The notes below the pieces were generated by a model. That model was not told the DNA's origin and did not search any database. It saw nothing but the letters and a program-made list of their open reading frames with translations. From NCBI GenBank assembly GCA_016211995.1, contig JACRHU010000002.1, forward strand, positions 1-38,046: a stretch of DNA of 38,046 nucleotides. The letters are read 5' to 3'. Positions 1-11,820 of this stretch are shown in pieces. The number at the start of each line of letters is the position of its first letter. Positions within the stretch are counted from its first letter, which is position 1. A program made the position numbers and the translations under genes. Source of the stretch: Candidatus Pacearchaeota archaeon (lineage in GTDB: Archaea; Nanobdellota; Nanobdellia; Pacearchaeales; DTIR01).

Positions 1-106
1 AAATAAGAGAATACTAAATAGAAGGCAATTTTTTTGTAAAAGACAAGCTTGAGCTTAAATAAGAATGAATATTTTTTTATTTTTTTCTTTTGTTTTAGTT
101 AGTATA

Positions 107-227
107 TAATCCATTGATATGGATTACAATTGTCTTTGCTTCAAGAAAATCAAAGATTTTCTGGATCCTAAAAACCTTTGGTTTTTCTGATGTCAGGGCA
201 AAGAATTATCACATTAACTTATCTATT
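107..227 (-). repeat. Intergenic two-hairpin element 'B' copy 1, carrying element A in its first loop
   Basis: Minus strand reads AATAGATAA..CTTTGC-CCTGAC-AT-[A]-AA-GCAAAG-ACAAT-TGTAATCC..GGATTA, the same layout as the copies at 2428, 4504, 7239, 12316 and 23311. Confidence 0.6.
142..189. repeat. Double-hairpin mini-element 'A' copy 1
   Basis: AGAAAATC-AAA-GATTTTCT / GGATCC / AAAAACC-TTT-GGTTTTT, followed by CTG-AT. Confidence 0.85.
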
Positions 228-270
228 GAATTTATTAATCTTAGTAATTAATAAATCTTTTTTAGTAAGA

Positions 271-278
271 TTTATTAA
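271..278 (+). promoter_or_regulatory. Archaeal TATA box, leaderless start of ORF 300
   Basis: AAGA-TTTATTAA, 29 nt before the ATG. Confidence 0.6.
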
Positions 279-299
279 TAGAATGCATATAGTAGTCTT

Positions 300-2432
300 A
301 TGAAAAATAAGGTGGTTTTAGGGGTTTTTTTAGCAGTTTTCTTGTTTAGCCTAATTTCTGCTGCTTCTGCAGAAATCTTGCTTGGGCAGCCTAGCAAGAT
401 TTATATGCTTGGAAGCAATTTTGAACAACAAGTTGATATTTTAGAATCTGACTCTGCCACTGGATTGCTGCAGCTGACTCTTGTCTGTCCTTCTCAGAGT
501 GTTGTATTTTATGCTGATACAGTGAGTGTTAGTGCTAATACTCTATTTGAGCTTAAGAAAGGACTTGTTCTTACAGATGGCATTGGAGAATGCCATGTTA
601 CCTCTAGTTTTTTAAGCGAGAGTGCAAGAACTAGTAATTTTATTGTAAGTGATAATATAAAATTAGATATCACGCTGAGCGCAAAGAGCGTGAAACCTGG
701 TGAGCAGCTTGTAATTAATGGAAATGCTATTCGTGAGGATGGAATTCCTGTGAATGGATTTGCTGAAATTTCTGTTGGAGATGTTGCGAAGCAGACTATT
801 GCAGTTGTTGATGGTTCTTTTACAATTAACTTGAATATCCCTGAGAATGCAAGGCCAGATGCTTATGACATTGAAATTCTTGTTTATGAGAAATATAAAG
901 ACACTAGAACAAATAAGGCTGTTTTCCAAGATAAGATTTATGTTACAGTTGTGCCAACAAAGTTGGAACTTGCATTAAATAATGATAGTTTTATTCCTGG
1001 CTCTATTCTTACTGTCAAGGCTTTATTGTATGATCAAGCTGGAAATGAGATAAAAGATATTGTAAGGCTAGAGATATATGATTCAAGGGGGAATAATCTT
1101 GTTCAGGAGGGAATAGAAACAAGTTTAAGTAAAAATTATCAGATTCCAAATAATGCAACAGCTGGAGATTGGAAGATTTATGTGAGTATTTCTGACTTGA
1201 GGGAAGAGAGGATAATTTACATTCCAAAATATGAATCTGCGTCTGTAGAGCTTGTAAACAACAAGCTTGTGGTAACCAATACAGGAAATGTGCCTTACAA
1301 GAAAACTTTAGAAATTAAATTTAGTAGTGGTGGAACTGAAATTGATAAAACTAAAAAAGTTGTACTTGATGTGGATGATAAACAATCTTTCTTGTTAGAA
1401 GCTCCTAATGGAACATATGATGTTTCTGTTAATGCTTTGAGTGATGGAACTGAAACTATAGAGGAAGTAAAAGAGTTCAGGTCAGTGCCATTAACAGGCA
1501 GGGCAACAGCTGTTCTTGATCTTGAAGGAAGAAAAGGTTTATTCACTCAGTATCCTTTAATCTCTTTTATTGTCTTCATTATTTTGATTATATTTATTAT
1601 CTATATATCTAGACCTAAACAAGAGCTTGATTATGTTGAATCAAAAGGAGTTATAAGCAGAGGACAAGGCACCGGATATATTGTTGCAACAAGCTCCCTT
1701 CCAATACAGGCGAGAGATGCTGGAAAAAGCGAAGATGTAATAAGAAGAATTTATGACAAGTATGTTGACAAGAGCCTAGTTGAAAAGGTAGTACAGGGTT
1801 CTATTGTAGGTAATAGACAAGAGCTTAGTGTTTTATTTGTTTCATTAAAAAATCTTTCAGAAATTCAGAAAGATGATAATTTTACAGAACTGATAAATAA
1901 GTATTTCAGAATTGTTACGAATGCTGTTTATGGCAACCGCGGAGTTGTAGGGCATGTTGCTGGAAGTGATATAATTGCATTATTTAATGCTCCTAGAACT
2001 CAGGAAAATCATCAACTTGCTGCTGTTCGCGCTGCAACAAGAATTAATGAAGAACTATCAAAATTAGAAGTAGAACACGGCCTTGGAATAAATTCAGGAC
2101 AAGCAGCTGTAGGATTAAATGCTAAAGTTTTAAGATTCATGCCTACTGCAGGCCTTTCGCTTGTTGCTCAAAAACTAAAGGAAAAATCAAGAAATGAAAT
2201 ACTTGTAAGCAAGAGTATAAATGATGTTGCAAGAGATTATTTTAAAATTCAGAGATATGGTGTAGTTGATGCTGGTGTGCATGTTATTGAAGCTTTCAAA
2301 GTTGTCGGAGCAGGCGGTGCATTCACATCAGAAGAGAAAAAAGAGTCATCATTAGCTGATATGATTTCTAGAGTCAAGCTTGAGCAAGAGAAAAAAGAGG
2401 CTGAAAAAAGATTACAGAGAGGAAGTCAATAA
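300..2432 (+). CDS. Membrane protein: signal peptide, extracellular Ig/MG2-like beta domains, one TM helix, degenerate class III nucleotidyl cyclase-like domain
   Basis: Hydrophobic N-terminus; beta-rich repeats; TM LISFIVFIILIIFIIYI; C-terminal ELSVLFVSL..GSDIIALFNAP..AAVRAA..GLGINSG resembles the adenylate/guanylate cyclase fold. Confidence 0.75.
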   Translation: MKNKVVLGVFLAVFLFSLISAASAEILLGQPSKIYMLGSNFEQQVDILESDSATGLLQLTLVCPSQSVVFYADTVSVSANTLFELKKGLVLTDGIGECHVTSSFLSESARTSNFIVSDNIKLDITLSAKSVKPGEQLVINGNAIREDGIPVNGFAEISVGDVAKQTIAVVDGSFTINLNIPENARPDAYDIEILVYEKYKDTRTNKAVFQDKIYVTVVPTKLELALNNDSFIPGSILTVKALLYDQAGNEIKDIVRLEIYDSRGNNLVQEGIETSLSKNYQIPNNATAGDWKIYVSISDLREERIIYIPKYESASVELVNNKLVVTNTGNVPYKKTLEIKFSSGGTEIDKTKKVVLDVDDKQSFLLEAPNGTYDVSVNALSDGTETIEEVKEFRSVPLTGRATAVLDLEGRKGLFTQYPLISFIVFIILIIFIIYISRPKQELDYVESKGVISRGQGTGYIVATSSLPIQARDAGKSEDVIRRIYDKYVDKSLVEKVVQGSIVGNRQELSVLFVSLKNLSEIQKDDNFTELINKYFRIVTNAVYGNRGVVGHVAGSDIIALFNAPRTQENHQLAAVRAATRINEELSKLEVEHGLGINSGQAAVGLNAKVLRFMPTAGLSLVAQKLKEKSRNEILVSKSINDVARDYFKIQRYGVVDAGVHVIEAFKVVGAGGAFTSEEKKESSLADMISRVKLEQEKKEAEKRLQRGSQ

Positions 2433-2544
2433 ATAAAGATAATTACTCGACATGATAACCAAAATTGATGCAAACCATCATCGGGAAAACCTTTAGGTTT
2501 TCAAGATCCTAAAATCCTGATGGATTTTATGATGCGGTTTGGAC
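2428..2544 (+). repeat. Element B copy 2 (filled with element A)
   Basis: AATAAATAA..TGATA..TGCAAACCATC-AT-[A]-AT-GCGGTTTGGAC; aligns with the empty copy at 23311-23374. Confidence 0.75.
2482..2531. repeat. Element A copy 2 (50 bp, AT on both sides)
   Basis: GAAAACC-TTTA-GGTTTTC / AGATCC / TAAAATCC-TGAT-GGATTTTA; AT at 2480-81 and 2532-33. Confidence 0.85.
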
Positions 2545-2609
2545 TTTAAGGATTGCTAATAAAGAACAAGGAAAAATCAGATTAGTGATTAAATTTTTTA
2601 GGAGAAAAA

Positions 2610-3242
2610 ATGTTTTATGGAAATTATAGATTGATTATTTTTGATTTTGATGGAACTTTGGCTGATTCTAGAGAACTTTATAGAAAACAAATTTTTCTTA
2701 ATTTAAAGAAATATGGCTATAAGATAAGTAAAAAGAAATTTGAAAAGAATTTTGGTCTCCGCTTGGATAGGATGTTGCATGCACTTGGGATTAAAAAACA
2801 TAGCAAACAAATAAGAAATGCTGTGAATGGATATGTCTTACAGCATGCAAATCAGATTAAAGCACTTCCGGGGATTAATGTTGTTCGAGAGTTGAAAAGA
2901 AAAAAATACAAGATTGCACTTGTATCAAATTCAAGAAGGAATTTTATTGTTAAGGCAGTAAGACATTTTGGAATCTACAAGTATTTTGATTATGTTTTAG
3001 GAGGAGATTATTTTGCAAGCAAAGTTAAAGCTTTCAAGCATCTTTTTCATGTTTTGAAGATAAGGCCTGAACAGGCAGTTTATATTGCTGATAGAGCAGG
3101 AGATATTGTTGTTGCAAAACAAGCAGGCTGCGATATGATTTCTATTAGTAATAAGTATTCCTGGTCTCCTAGGAGTGAAATTAAAAAAGCAACTCCTGAT
3201 AAAATAATTAAAAGTTTAAAGGAGCTTGAGAAGATTTTATAA
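2610..3242 (+). CDS. HAD-superfamily phosphatase (phosphoglycolate phosphatase-like)
   Basis: FDFDGTL motif I, VSN motif II, YIADRAGD motif IV. Confidence 0.9.
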   Translation: MFYGNYRLIIFDFDGTLADSRELYRKQIFLNLKKYGYKISKKKFEKNFGLRLDRMLHALGIKKHSKQIRNAVNGYVLQHANQIKALPGINVVRELKRKKYKIALVSNSRRNFIVKAVRHFGIYKYFDYVLGGDYFASKVKAFKHLFHVLKIRPEQAVYIADRAGDIVVAKQAGCDMISISNKYSWSPRSEIKKATPDKIIKSLKELEKIL

Positions 3243-3788
3243 TACTGGCTCTATTTCAAGAAACGCATTTACAGCTGCATATTTAATTTCTGGGTGCTTT
3301 TTTTCTAAGTCATTAAGAAAGTTTCTAACTTGAACCCCTAATTTGTCCTTGTCTTTCTGCTTATTGATTTTTATCTTATTGAGTTTTGCATAAAGCTCAA
3401 TTTCTTTATCAAGCAAAAGATAAAGAGGCTTGATTGTATTCTTGTATTTTGGCATCAGCTGCTTTACTTCCTGCTTTTTTTTCAGTTGGTTTAGAATTAT
3501 TTGGCATGCAATATTGCCTATTGAGGTTGAAAGCAAAATTTTATCTGTTTTTGTCTTTATTTTGCTTATTTTGTAAATAGGAAGTTTTCTAAATATATGC
3601 TCAATAATAGTTGTATATCTTCCTTTATCAATAAATATCTTATTTCCTTTTCTCAGAAGATTATATTTTCTTATTGTAAATAGTATTTTTTTCTCAAAGT
3701 AATGAATAAAACAGTTTTTGCATAGTTTTCTACCATTTATCATTACAAATACTGCATTAGTTTTACATTTCTTGCACATTTTAATCAT
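3237..3788 (-). CDS. Degenerate TtuA/Ctu-family paralog (N-terminal Zn finger, no PP-loop)
   Basis: CKKC..LCKNCF..FEKK..TIRKY and IKPLY..EIELYA..VRNFLNDLEKKHP match the TtuA/Ncs6 scaffold; SGGKDS is absent. Confidence 0.7.
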   Translation of the reverse strand: MIKMCKKCKTNAVFVMINGRKLCKNCFIHYFEKKILFTIRKYNLLRKGNKIFIDKGRYTTIIEHIFRKLPIYKISKIKTKTDKILLSTSIGNIACQIILNQLKKKQEVKQLMPKYKNTIKPLYLLLDKEIELYAKLNKIKINKQKDKDKLGVQVRNFLNDLEKKHPEIKYAAVNAFLEIEPVL

Positions 3789-3821
3789 AATATTTTTAAA
3801 GTCTATAAATTATAAAGTTTA

Positions 3822-4493
3822 ATGTCTTATTTAAAGGATGCGAAAGAGGAACTTAGAAGAGATTTTAGGGGTATCTGGACAGATTTAGGTGTATTTTCTC
3901 TGAAACTAATGGCTTTGCCTTACAAATGCAGAGTTTATGGCAAGGAAAACATTCCGAAAAGTGGAGCAATATTAGCAGCAAATCATTCTAGCTACATGGA
4001 TCCTATTTTTATGGTTTCTGGCTTAAATAGAAGGATATATTTTTTTGTAAAGCATTATATTGCTCCTACAGCTGATTTTGAGCATTCAACATATGGAAGA
4101 CTTCTTGCATCTGTTGGCCAGATTTTGCTGAAGGACGGAGAAATTGATATAAATTCTATTAAAAAGGCAAAAAGAATATTAAAATCTGATTCTAGAAATA
4201 ATAAACTTGGTATATTTTCAGAAGGAACAAGAACTTATGATGGAAAATTTGGAAAAATTCAAGAAGGAACTGCATGGCTTTCTTATATTACTCATTCACC
4301 AATTATTCCTATTGGGATAAAAGGGACATATGACTTATGGCCGAGGCATAGAAAATTGCCGAGATTGTCTGGAAAAGTAAGAATTAATGTTGGTAAACCC
4401 TTATATCCTGATTATGGAATAGAAAAAAGAAAAGCGATTAAAGATTTAACAGAAATTTTACAAAATGAGATTGAGAGGTTAATTGAAAGTTAG
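3822..4493 (+). CDS. plsC: 1-acyl-sn-glycerol-3-phosphate acyltransferase (PlsC family)
   Basis: NHSSYMD (HX4D), FSEGTR and PIIPIGI motifs. Confidence 0.85.
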   Translation: MSYLKDAKEELRRDFRGIWTDLGVFSLKLMALPYKCRVYGKENIPKSGAILAANHSSYMDPIFMVSGLNRRIYFFVKHYIAPTADFEHSTYGRLLASVGQILLKDGEIDINSIKKAKRILKSDSRNNKLGIFSEGTRTYDGKFGKIQEGTAWLSYITHSPIIPIGIKGTYDLWPRHRKLPRLSGKVRINVGKPLYPDYGIEKRKAIKDLTEILQNEIERLIES

Positions 4494-4503
4494 ATTTGTT
4501 AAA

Positions 4504-4573
4504 GAACAAGTGATTGACCATCACTTGCAAAAGTCCAAAGGGGTCAGCTTTGGATTGTTAATGGTTATTTATT
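4504..4573 (-). repeat. Element B copy 3 (empty); may act as terminator between convergent genes
   Basis: Minus strand: AATAAATAA..CCAAAG-CTGACCC-CTTTGG-ACTTT-TGCAAGTGAT..ATCACTTG; 19 bp (4535-4553) are identical to the reverse complement of 7258-7276. Confidence 0.75.
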
Positions 4574-4580
4574 AAAGATA

Positions 4581-5576
4581 TTAAATCCTTAGATTTTCAA
4601 TTTCTTCTTGGGTTGCTTTTTTTGCAAGGATTATTTTTTTATTGAAGATGATTTCGCATTCTTGCTCACAATCAGAATATCTTGCAGTAAGCTCTGCTGC
4701 TTTTTTAAGTTCTTTTTCTCTGAGTTCTCCTATCACTAATGTAACAGGACCCATTACATCTTTGGCTTCCATAATTATATCTTTCTTTGTTGCTAACATT
4801 TGAAGTTTTTTATTTTCTTGTTCATTTCTTCCTATTACTACTCTTACATTTCCTATTCTGAAATGCCTGCCTGTTTTTAAAATTTCTATATCTGTTTCTG
4901 AAATTTCTTTATTATGGTTGAAAAGATTTTGCAGCTTTCTTGCAAAATCTTTTTCGCAGAGCAGGCAGCCGCCTGCTGGTGTTGGATAGCTCAGGTTGTA
5001 TTTTTTTGCTAGCTCAAGCTGAATTTTCCTGTTTCGTCCTTTTATTGCAAGAAATTTTTCTCTATCCAGTAATCCTTTTTTCTCTGCATCTGTTTCTGGT
5101 AATAGCTTGGCTGATAATGGCCTTAGAAGTTTGCCTTCTAATTTTGTTTCTTTTTCAATTAATTTTAATGCGCGCAGCTTTTGGCTCATAGGACGCTCTT
5201 CTAAAACTTCACCTGTTACAATCACATCTGCTTTTATTTTTTTAGCTAATTTTTTTGCTTCTTCTAAAATAAAGATTCTGCAATCAATGCATGGATTCAT
5301 TCCAGAGCCATGTCCATATTTTGTGTGCTTTACAATCTCAAGATATTTTTTGAATAGCTTGCCTTTAGTGCAATCAATTATCTTTAGTTTAACTCCTTGC
5401 ATCTGCGAGAAGTTAAAAGCACAATCTGGTTTACAGCATCCGCTACCAAATGGCAATGCTAAAAAGAGAGCAATAACTTCTGCGCCCTGCTCTTGCATGA
5501 GTTTTATTGCAAGCCTGCTGTCTAATCCTCCAGAGAAGAGGCAGACTGCTTTGCATTTCTTTCTTTTTTGTTCCAT
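4581..5576 (-). CDS. PP-loop tRNA sulfurtransferase, ThiI-like without THUMP domain
   Basis: SGGLDS, NPCIDCR, TGEVL..RPMSQ, PAGGCLL and GRHFR motifs. Confidence 0.8.
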   Translation of the reverse strand: MEQKRKKCKAVCLFSGGLDSRLAIKLMQEQGAEVIALFLALPFGSGCCKPDCAFNFSQMQGVKLKIIDCTKGKLFKKYLEIVKHTKYGHGSGMNPCIDCRIFILEEAKKLAKKIKADVIVTGEVLEERPMSQKLRALKLIEKETKLEGKLLRPLSAKLLPETDAEKKGLLDREKFLAIKGRNRKIQLELAKKYNLSYPTPAGGCLLCEKDFARKLQNLFNHNKEISETDIEILKTGRHFRIGNVRVVIGRNEQENKKLQMLATKKDIIMEAKDVMGPVTLVIGELREKELKKAAELTARYSDCEQECEIIFNKKIILAKKATQEEIENLRI

Positions 5577-5610
5577 AGAATAAGGAAAAAAAGAAAGATT
5601 TTAAATCTAT

Positions 5611-5991
5611 TCAAACAAGCAAATCCATTTCTTCTGCTTCTTTATAGTAACCCTTGTGGTCGAAGTCATAGTTAAAATGTATGAAAAAGTCTTGCAAAAG
5701 CTCTTTATTCGCTTTTATCTCTTTGAGTATATCAAAAATTTCTTTAGTAAAACAATATGGGCATAGGAAGTCAGAATTCTTTTTACATATAATACATCTG
5801 CCTCCTCTTAATGAGGATTTTTTATATGCTCTAACTGCCTCAAGCAGTTTTTCCTTTAGTTTGAGGAGTTCTATTCTTCCTGAATTTTCATTTATCCACG
5901 CTTCTATTTCTCTCGCTAGGCAAGAAGGGCATATCGGATTAAATATGCTTTCCTTGCATTCAGCGCATGTTTGAAAAAGATTTTGTATCAT
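5611..5991 (-). CDS. Cys-rich zinc-finger protein (four CxxC)
   Basis: CAEC, CPSC, CIIC, CPYC. Confidence 0.75.
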   Translation of the reverse strand: MIQNLFQTCAECKESIFNPICPSCLAREIEAWINENSGRIELLKLKEKLLEAVRAYKKSSLRGGRCIICKKNSDFLCPYCFTKEIFDILKEIKANKELLQDFFIHFNYDFDHKGYYKEAEEMDLLV

Positions 5992-6038
5992 TTTAATGTT
6001 GAAGAAAAATTGCAGGAGCCGAGAAGATTATCAAGCCC

Positions 6039-6164
6039 TTACAATGTCTTAGTTTTAACGCCGCAAATAGAGCCGCAGCCAAAACCAAAGACCTTGCACA
6101 TATAGGCATGTCTAGGTCTAGCTAAGAAAAAACTCCACATTCCTCTTTTCATATTTGCGTCCAT
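6039..6164 (-). CDS. Possible 41-aa small protein (MDANMKRGMWSFF..CKVFGFGCGSICGVKTKTL)
   Basis: Manually read open frame; the ATG lies ~30 nt after a BRE/TATA-like CGAAAATTATTTAAA on the minus strand. Confidence 0.35.
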   Translation of the reverse strand: MDANMKRGMWSFFLARPRHAYMCKVFGFGCGSICGVKTKTL

Positions 6165-6278
6165 AGAAATTACAGCATTTTATGCTTTAAATAATTTTCG
6201 ATTCAATGTTCTATATATTATTTTAAGTGTTTTTATCTCTATAATAAGTTTTAAATAAGAATATTACTTGTTTTCTAT

Positions 6279-7226
6279 ATGGAAGAATATGATTTAATTA
6301 TTATCGGAAGTGGAGCAGCTGGCTTAACTGCTGCTATTTATGCATGCAGGAAGAAGTTGAAAACATTACTTCTTGGAAAAGAAGTCGGAGGACAAACTGC
6401 ATCAGCTGCAACTATTGAAAATTATCCTGGTTTCGAGAGAGTACGAGGAATGGATTTAATTAAGATATTTGAAAAACAAGCCCGAAGTTTTGGCGCAGAG
6501 ATTATACACGAGCAAGTTATAGAGATTAAGAAGAAAGGAAATTTTGTTATCAAGAGTGAAAGGAGAGAGTACTCTGCAAAGGCAATTATACTTGCTTTCG
6601 GAAAAACTCCTCGAAGCTTGGATGTGAAAGGTGAAAAAGAATTACTTGGAAGGGGAATAAGTTATTGCGCGACATGTGATGGTAATTTTTTTACTGGAAA
6701 GATAGTTGCAGTAGTTGGGGGTGGAAATTCAGCAATAGGAGCTGTTTATTTTCTTAGCAACATAGCAAAAAAAGTTTACTCTATTCATAGGAGGGATGAA
6801 TTTTTAGCAGATGAGGTTTTAATTGAAAAAATCAAGAAATTGAAAAATGTTGAGTCTTTAGTGCATTATGTTATTAAAGAATTCAAAGGAAAAAATTCTT
6901 TAACTTCTATTGTTATATCTGATAAAAAAGGGAAAACAAAAGAATTGAAAATTGATGGTTGTTTTATTGAAGTAGGTTCTGAAGTTAAAACTGATTTTAT
7001 CAAGAAACTTATGAAGTTAGATGCTTTTGGGCATATAATTGTTAATGAAAAATGTGAAACTTCTACTCCCGGAATATTCGCTGCAGGAGATGTCACAAAC
7101 ATTCCTTTTAAGCAGACAGTTATTGCAGCTGGTGAGGGTGCAAAAGCTGCATTAAGTGCTTATAATTATATTAAAGGCATTAAACCGAGATTTACAGCAG
7201 ACTGGATACATGGTAAAGAGGATTGA
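6279..7226 (+). CDS. trxB: Thioredoxin reductase
   Basis: GSGAAG, CATCDG, GGGNSA, FAAGD. Confidence 0.95.
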   Translation: MEEYDLIIIGSGAAGLTAAIYACRKKLKTLLLGKEVGGQTASAATIENYPGFERVRGMDLIKIFEKQARSFGAEIIHEQVIEIKKKGNFVIKSERREYSAKAIILAFGKTPRSLDVKGEKELLGRGISYCATCDGNFFTGKIVAVVGGGNSAIGAVYFLSNIAKKVYSIHRRDEFLADEVLIEKIKKLKNVESLVHYVIKEFKGKNSLTSIVISDKKGKTKELKIDGCFIEVGSEVKTDFIKKLMKLDAFGHIIVNEKCETSTPGIFAAGDVTNIPFKQTVIAAGEGAKAALSAYNYIKGIKPRFTADWIHGKED

Positions 7227-7238
7227 ATATAGATTCGG

Positions 7239-7384
7239 AATAAATCATTAATAATAACCAAAGCTGACCCCTTTGGTAGTTACTCAATCCTATCATCAAA
7301 AAAATCTATAAGATTTTTAGGATCCCAAAAAGCTGGTTGCCTCCAGCAAAGCTGGAATGTTGAGCTTTTTGCGAATCGGCTTGA
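7239..7384 (+). repeat. Element B copy 4 (filled with extended element A)
   Basis: AATAAAT..CCAAAG-CTGACCC-CTTTGG..TCAATCC-TATC-AT-[A]..GGCTTGA, directly after the trxB stop. Confidence 0.7.
7297..7371. repeat. Element A copy 3 (second arm extended)
   Basis: 7293-7327 is identical over 35 bp to 12372-12406; second arm AAAAAGCT..TCCAGC-AAA-GCTGGA..AGCTTTTT. Confidence 0.85.
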
Positions 7385-7437
7385 TCCTTAATCAAGATTT
7401 CATAAGATTTAAAAGCATATTTTTTCTAGAGTTATTT

Positions 7438-7800
7438 ATGGTAGGAAAAAAGAAAAAGATTAATTTTTTGATATATCTGATTATTTTCCTTTTTATAATA
7501 GCGATTCTTGTTATTTATTTTGCAAGAAATAATCCTTCTGATCAATTTAAAGAGCAGTTAGCAAAATGCTTGACAGAAAAAGGAACTGTAATGTATGGTG
7601 CATACGGGTGTTCTCATTGCAAGGAACAGAAAGAGATGTTCGGAGATGCTTTTCAGTTTATAAATTATGTAGAATGCACTCAGCAGGCAGAATTATGTGA
7701 AGCTACTGGGATTACTGGCTACCCAACTTGGAAGATAAATAATACATTGTATCCTGGCTCTACAACTCTTGGAGAATTACAAAGATTAGCTGGATGTTGA
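7438..7800 (+). CDS. Membrane-anchored thioredoxin-fold protein (like VKOR-associated Trx domains)
   Basis: N-terminal TM, MYGAYGCSHC, YVEC..C..GYPTW; start moved to ATG 7438 because the upstream extension lies in the repeat. Confidence 0.85.
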   Translation: MVGKKKKINFLIYLIIFLFIIAILVIYFARNNPSDQFKEQLAKCLTEKGTVMYGAYGCSHCKEQKEMFGDAFQFINYVECTQQAELCEATGITGYPTWKINNTLYPGSTTLGELQRLAGC

Positions 7801-7838
7801 GATTGAATTAAATTTAGAAATCTTAAAAACTATAAAAA

Positions 7839-8030
7839 ATGGCAAAATATAAAGTTAAGATTGACAAAGAAAAATGTATTGGATGTGGAAGTTGTGTTGC
7901 AGTTTGTGCTGGAAACTTTGAGTTAAAAGGCGATAAGGCTTTTGTTAAGAAAACAGAGAGTGATTTGGAATGTAACAAAGAAGCCGCAGACATTTGTCCT
8001 GTTCAGGCAATAACTGTCAAGAAAACTTAA
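7839..8030 (+). CDS. Monocluster ferredoxin
   Basis: CIGCGSCVAVC..CPVQAI. Confidence 0.92.
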   Translation: MAKYKVKIDKEKCIGCGSCVAVCAGNFELKGDKAFVKKTESDLECNKEAADICPVQAITVKKT

Positions 8031-8043
8031 AGAATTTTTTGGT

Positions 8044-8847
8044 TTACTCCATTCCAAAAAATTCTGCTAGCTTCATTCTCAAACTTTTCTTTATATATTT
8101 TTTTCCCAATAGATTTGCTGAAAGCTTTTTAAATGAAATGCTTGAGCTGCTTTTTGGCGAGTGTATAACCACTGGCAATCTTCTTGCAACAGCTTCTTCT
8201 ATATTTTCATCATAAGGAATAGATGCTAGAACTGGCAGACCAAAACTTGCTTCTAGCTCTTTTGTGGATACTTCATATTTTTTTCCACGTACTTTGTTTA
8301 ATATGACTCCTAAAATTGGTTTTTTAAGTTTCTTTGCTAAGTTTATTGTCTTCATGGCAGTTGCAACAGTTGGAAAATCAGGCGTTAGGACAAGAAGTAG
8401 AGCATCTGATGCTTTTATCGCAAGCTTTGCATCATCTTCAACACCTGGTGAAGAGTCTAGAAGAATTAAATCATAACTTTTCAGTTTTTTTAACTTCTTG
8501 TTTAAACCATTAGTATCTATTTTTCCTTTTTCTTTGACAAGTGAAGAAGGAATGACATGTAAACCACACTTATGTTTATGAACAGAACTCATTATTGTTA
8601 CAGGGTCCTTTATTATCTTATTTATGCTAACTGGATGATACGTTAAACCTAAGGCTAAACCAATATTTCCTGTGTTAATATTAGCATCAAGAATGAGTGT
8701 ATTCTTTTTAAATAAGGTAACTGCAGCTGCTCCTATATTTGAGACAGTCGTTGTCTTCCCTACTCCTCCTTTTGCTGAGACAATTCCAAGTACTTTAGTA
8801 TTGCCGTTAACTAGGCCACCATTCATTTTGAAAGATAATTTAATCAT
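8044..8847 (-). CDS. minD: MinD/ParA-family ATPase (archaeal MinD-like)
   Basis: KGGVGKTT deviant Walker A, LLDSSPG, C-terminal amphipathic KLAEFFG; the true start may be 8826. Confidence 0.8.
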   Translation of the reverse strand: MIKLSFKMNGGLVNGNTKVLGIVSAKGGVGKTTTVSNIGAAAVTLFKKNTLILDANINTGNIGLALGLTYHPVSINKIIKDPVTIMSSVHKHKCGLHVIPSSLVKEKGKIDTNGLNKKLKKLKSYDLILLDSSPGVEDDAKLAIKASDALLLVLTPDFPTVATAMKTINLAKKLKKPILGVILNKVRGKKYEVSTKELEASFGLPVLASIPYDENIEEAVARRLPVVIHSPKSSSSISFKKLSANLLGKKYIKKSLRMKLAEFFGME

Positions 8848-8932
8848 TTTTATGTTTATAAAGTTTTCTTTATTCTAAAGTACAGAGATCGCCTAAGGTT
8901 AAATAGAACTGAGAACCAAAAGATTTATAAAT

Positions 8933-8954
8933 ATAAGTTAACAATAGTTAACTT

Positions 8955-8956
<2 letters not shown>
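8933..8956. promoter_or_regulatory. Palindromic operator between TATA and start of the HTH regulator
   Basis: ATAAGTTAAC-AATA-GTTAACTTAT with perfect 10-bp arms, just after TTTATAAA at 8924. Confidence 0.75.
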
Positions 8957-11266
<2,310 letters not shown>

Positions 11267-11268
11267 AA

Positions 11269-11817
11269 ATGTTTGAAGATGTTAAGGCTATATACAAGAA
11301 TGATCCTGCTGTAAGGAATATAGAGTTTTTACTCTATCCAGGATTACATGCTATAGTTGTTCATCGTTATATCACTCATCCATTACATTTTATTGGTATA
11401 CCCTTTATTCCACGTTTGATCTCACAATTAATGAGATTTTTTACAGGAATTGAGATACATCCTGGAGCACAGATTAGAAAAGGATTGTTTATTGATCATG
11501 GAATGGGTGTAGTAATAGGAGAGACAGCAGAGATAGGAAAAAACTGTGTGATGTATCAGAATGTTTCACTTGGAGGAACTGGAAAACATAAAGGGAAAAG
11601 GCATCCAACAATTGGAGATAATGTGTTGATTGGTGCAGGAGCAACATTACTTGGACCGATAAGAATAGGGAATAATGTTAAAATAGGCGCAGAGACCTTT
11701 ATCATAGACCGCAATGTCCCAGATAACTGCACAGTTGTTGGTGCTCCTGGGAGAATTGTAAAGCTTAATGGAAAAAAAGTTAATACTAAATTAAAAAAGA
11801 ATAAAAAGGGAGATTAA
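11269..11817 (+). CDS. cysE: Serine O-acetyltransferase
   Basis: [25 protein letters not shown], hexapeptide repeats. Confidence 0.93.
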   Translation: MFEDVKAIYKNDPAVRNIEFLLYPGLHAIVVHRYITHPLHFIGIPFIPRLISQLMRFFTGIEIHPGAQIRKGLFIDHGMGVVIGETAEIGKNCVMYQNVSLGGTGKHKGKRHPTIGDNVLIGAGATLLGPIRIGNNVKIGAETFIIDRNVPDNCTVVGAPGRIVKLNGKKVNTKLKKNKKGD

Positions 11818-11820
11818 AAA

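Noticed and set aside
7357..7437. N-terminal extension of the Trx-like ORF
   Set aside because: Falls within the repeat element and promoter; ATG 7438 fits better.
7792..7806. Selenocysteine read-through (Gly-Cys-TGA) with element B as SECIS
   Set aside because: A second TGA follows two codons later, GC-stop is a plausible natural end, and B also follows TAA-ending genes with no in-frame TGA.
8044..8847. CooC nickel insertase for cooS
   Set aside because: Lacks the CxC Ni-binding motif and has a MinD-like C-terminal amphipathic helix.
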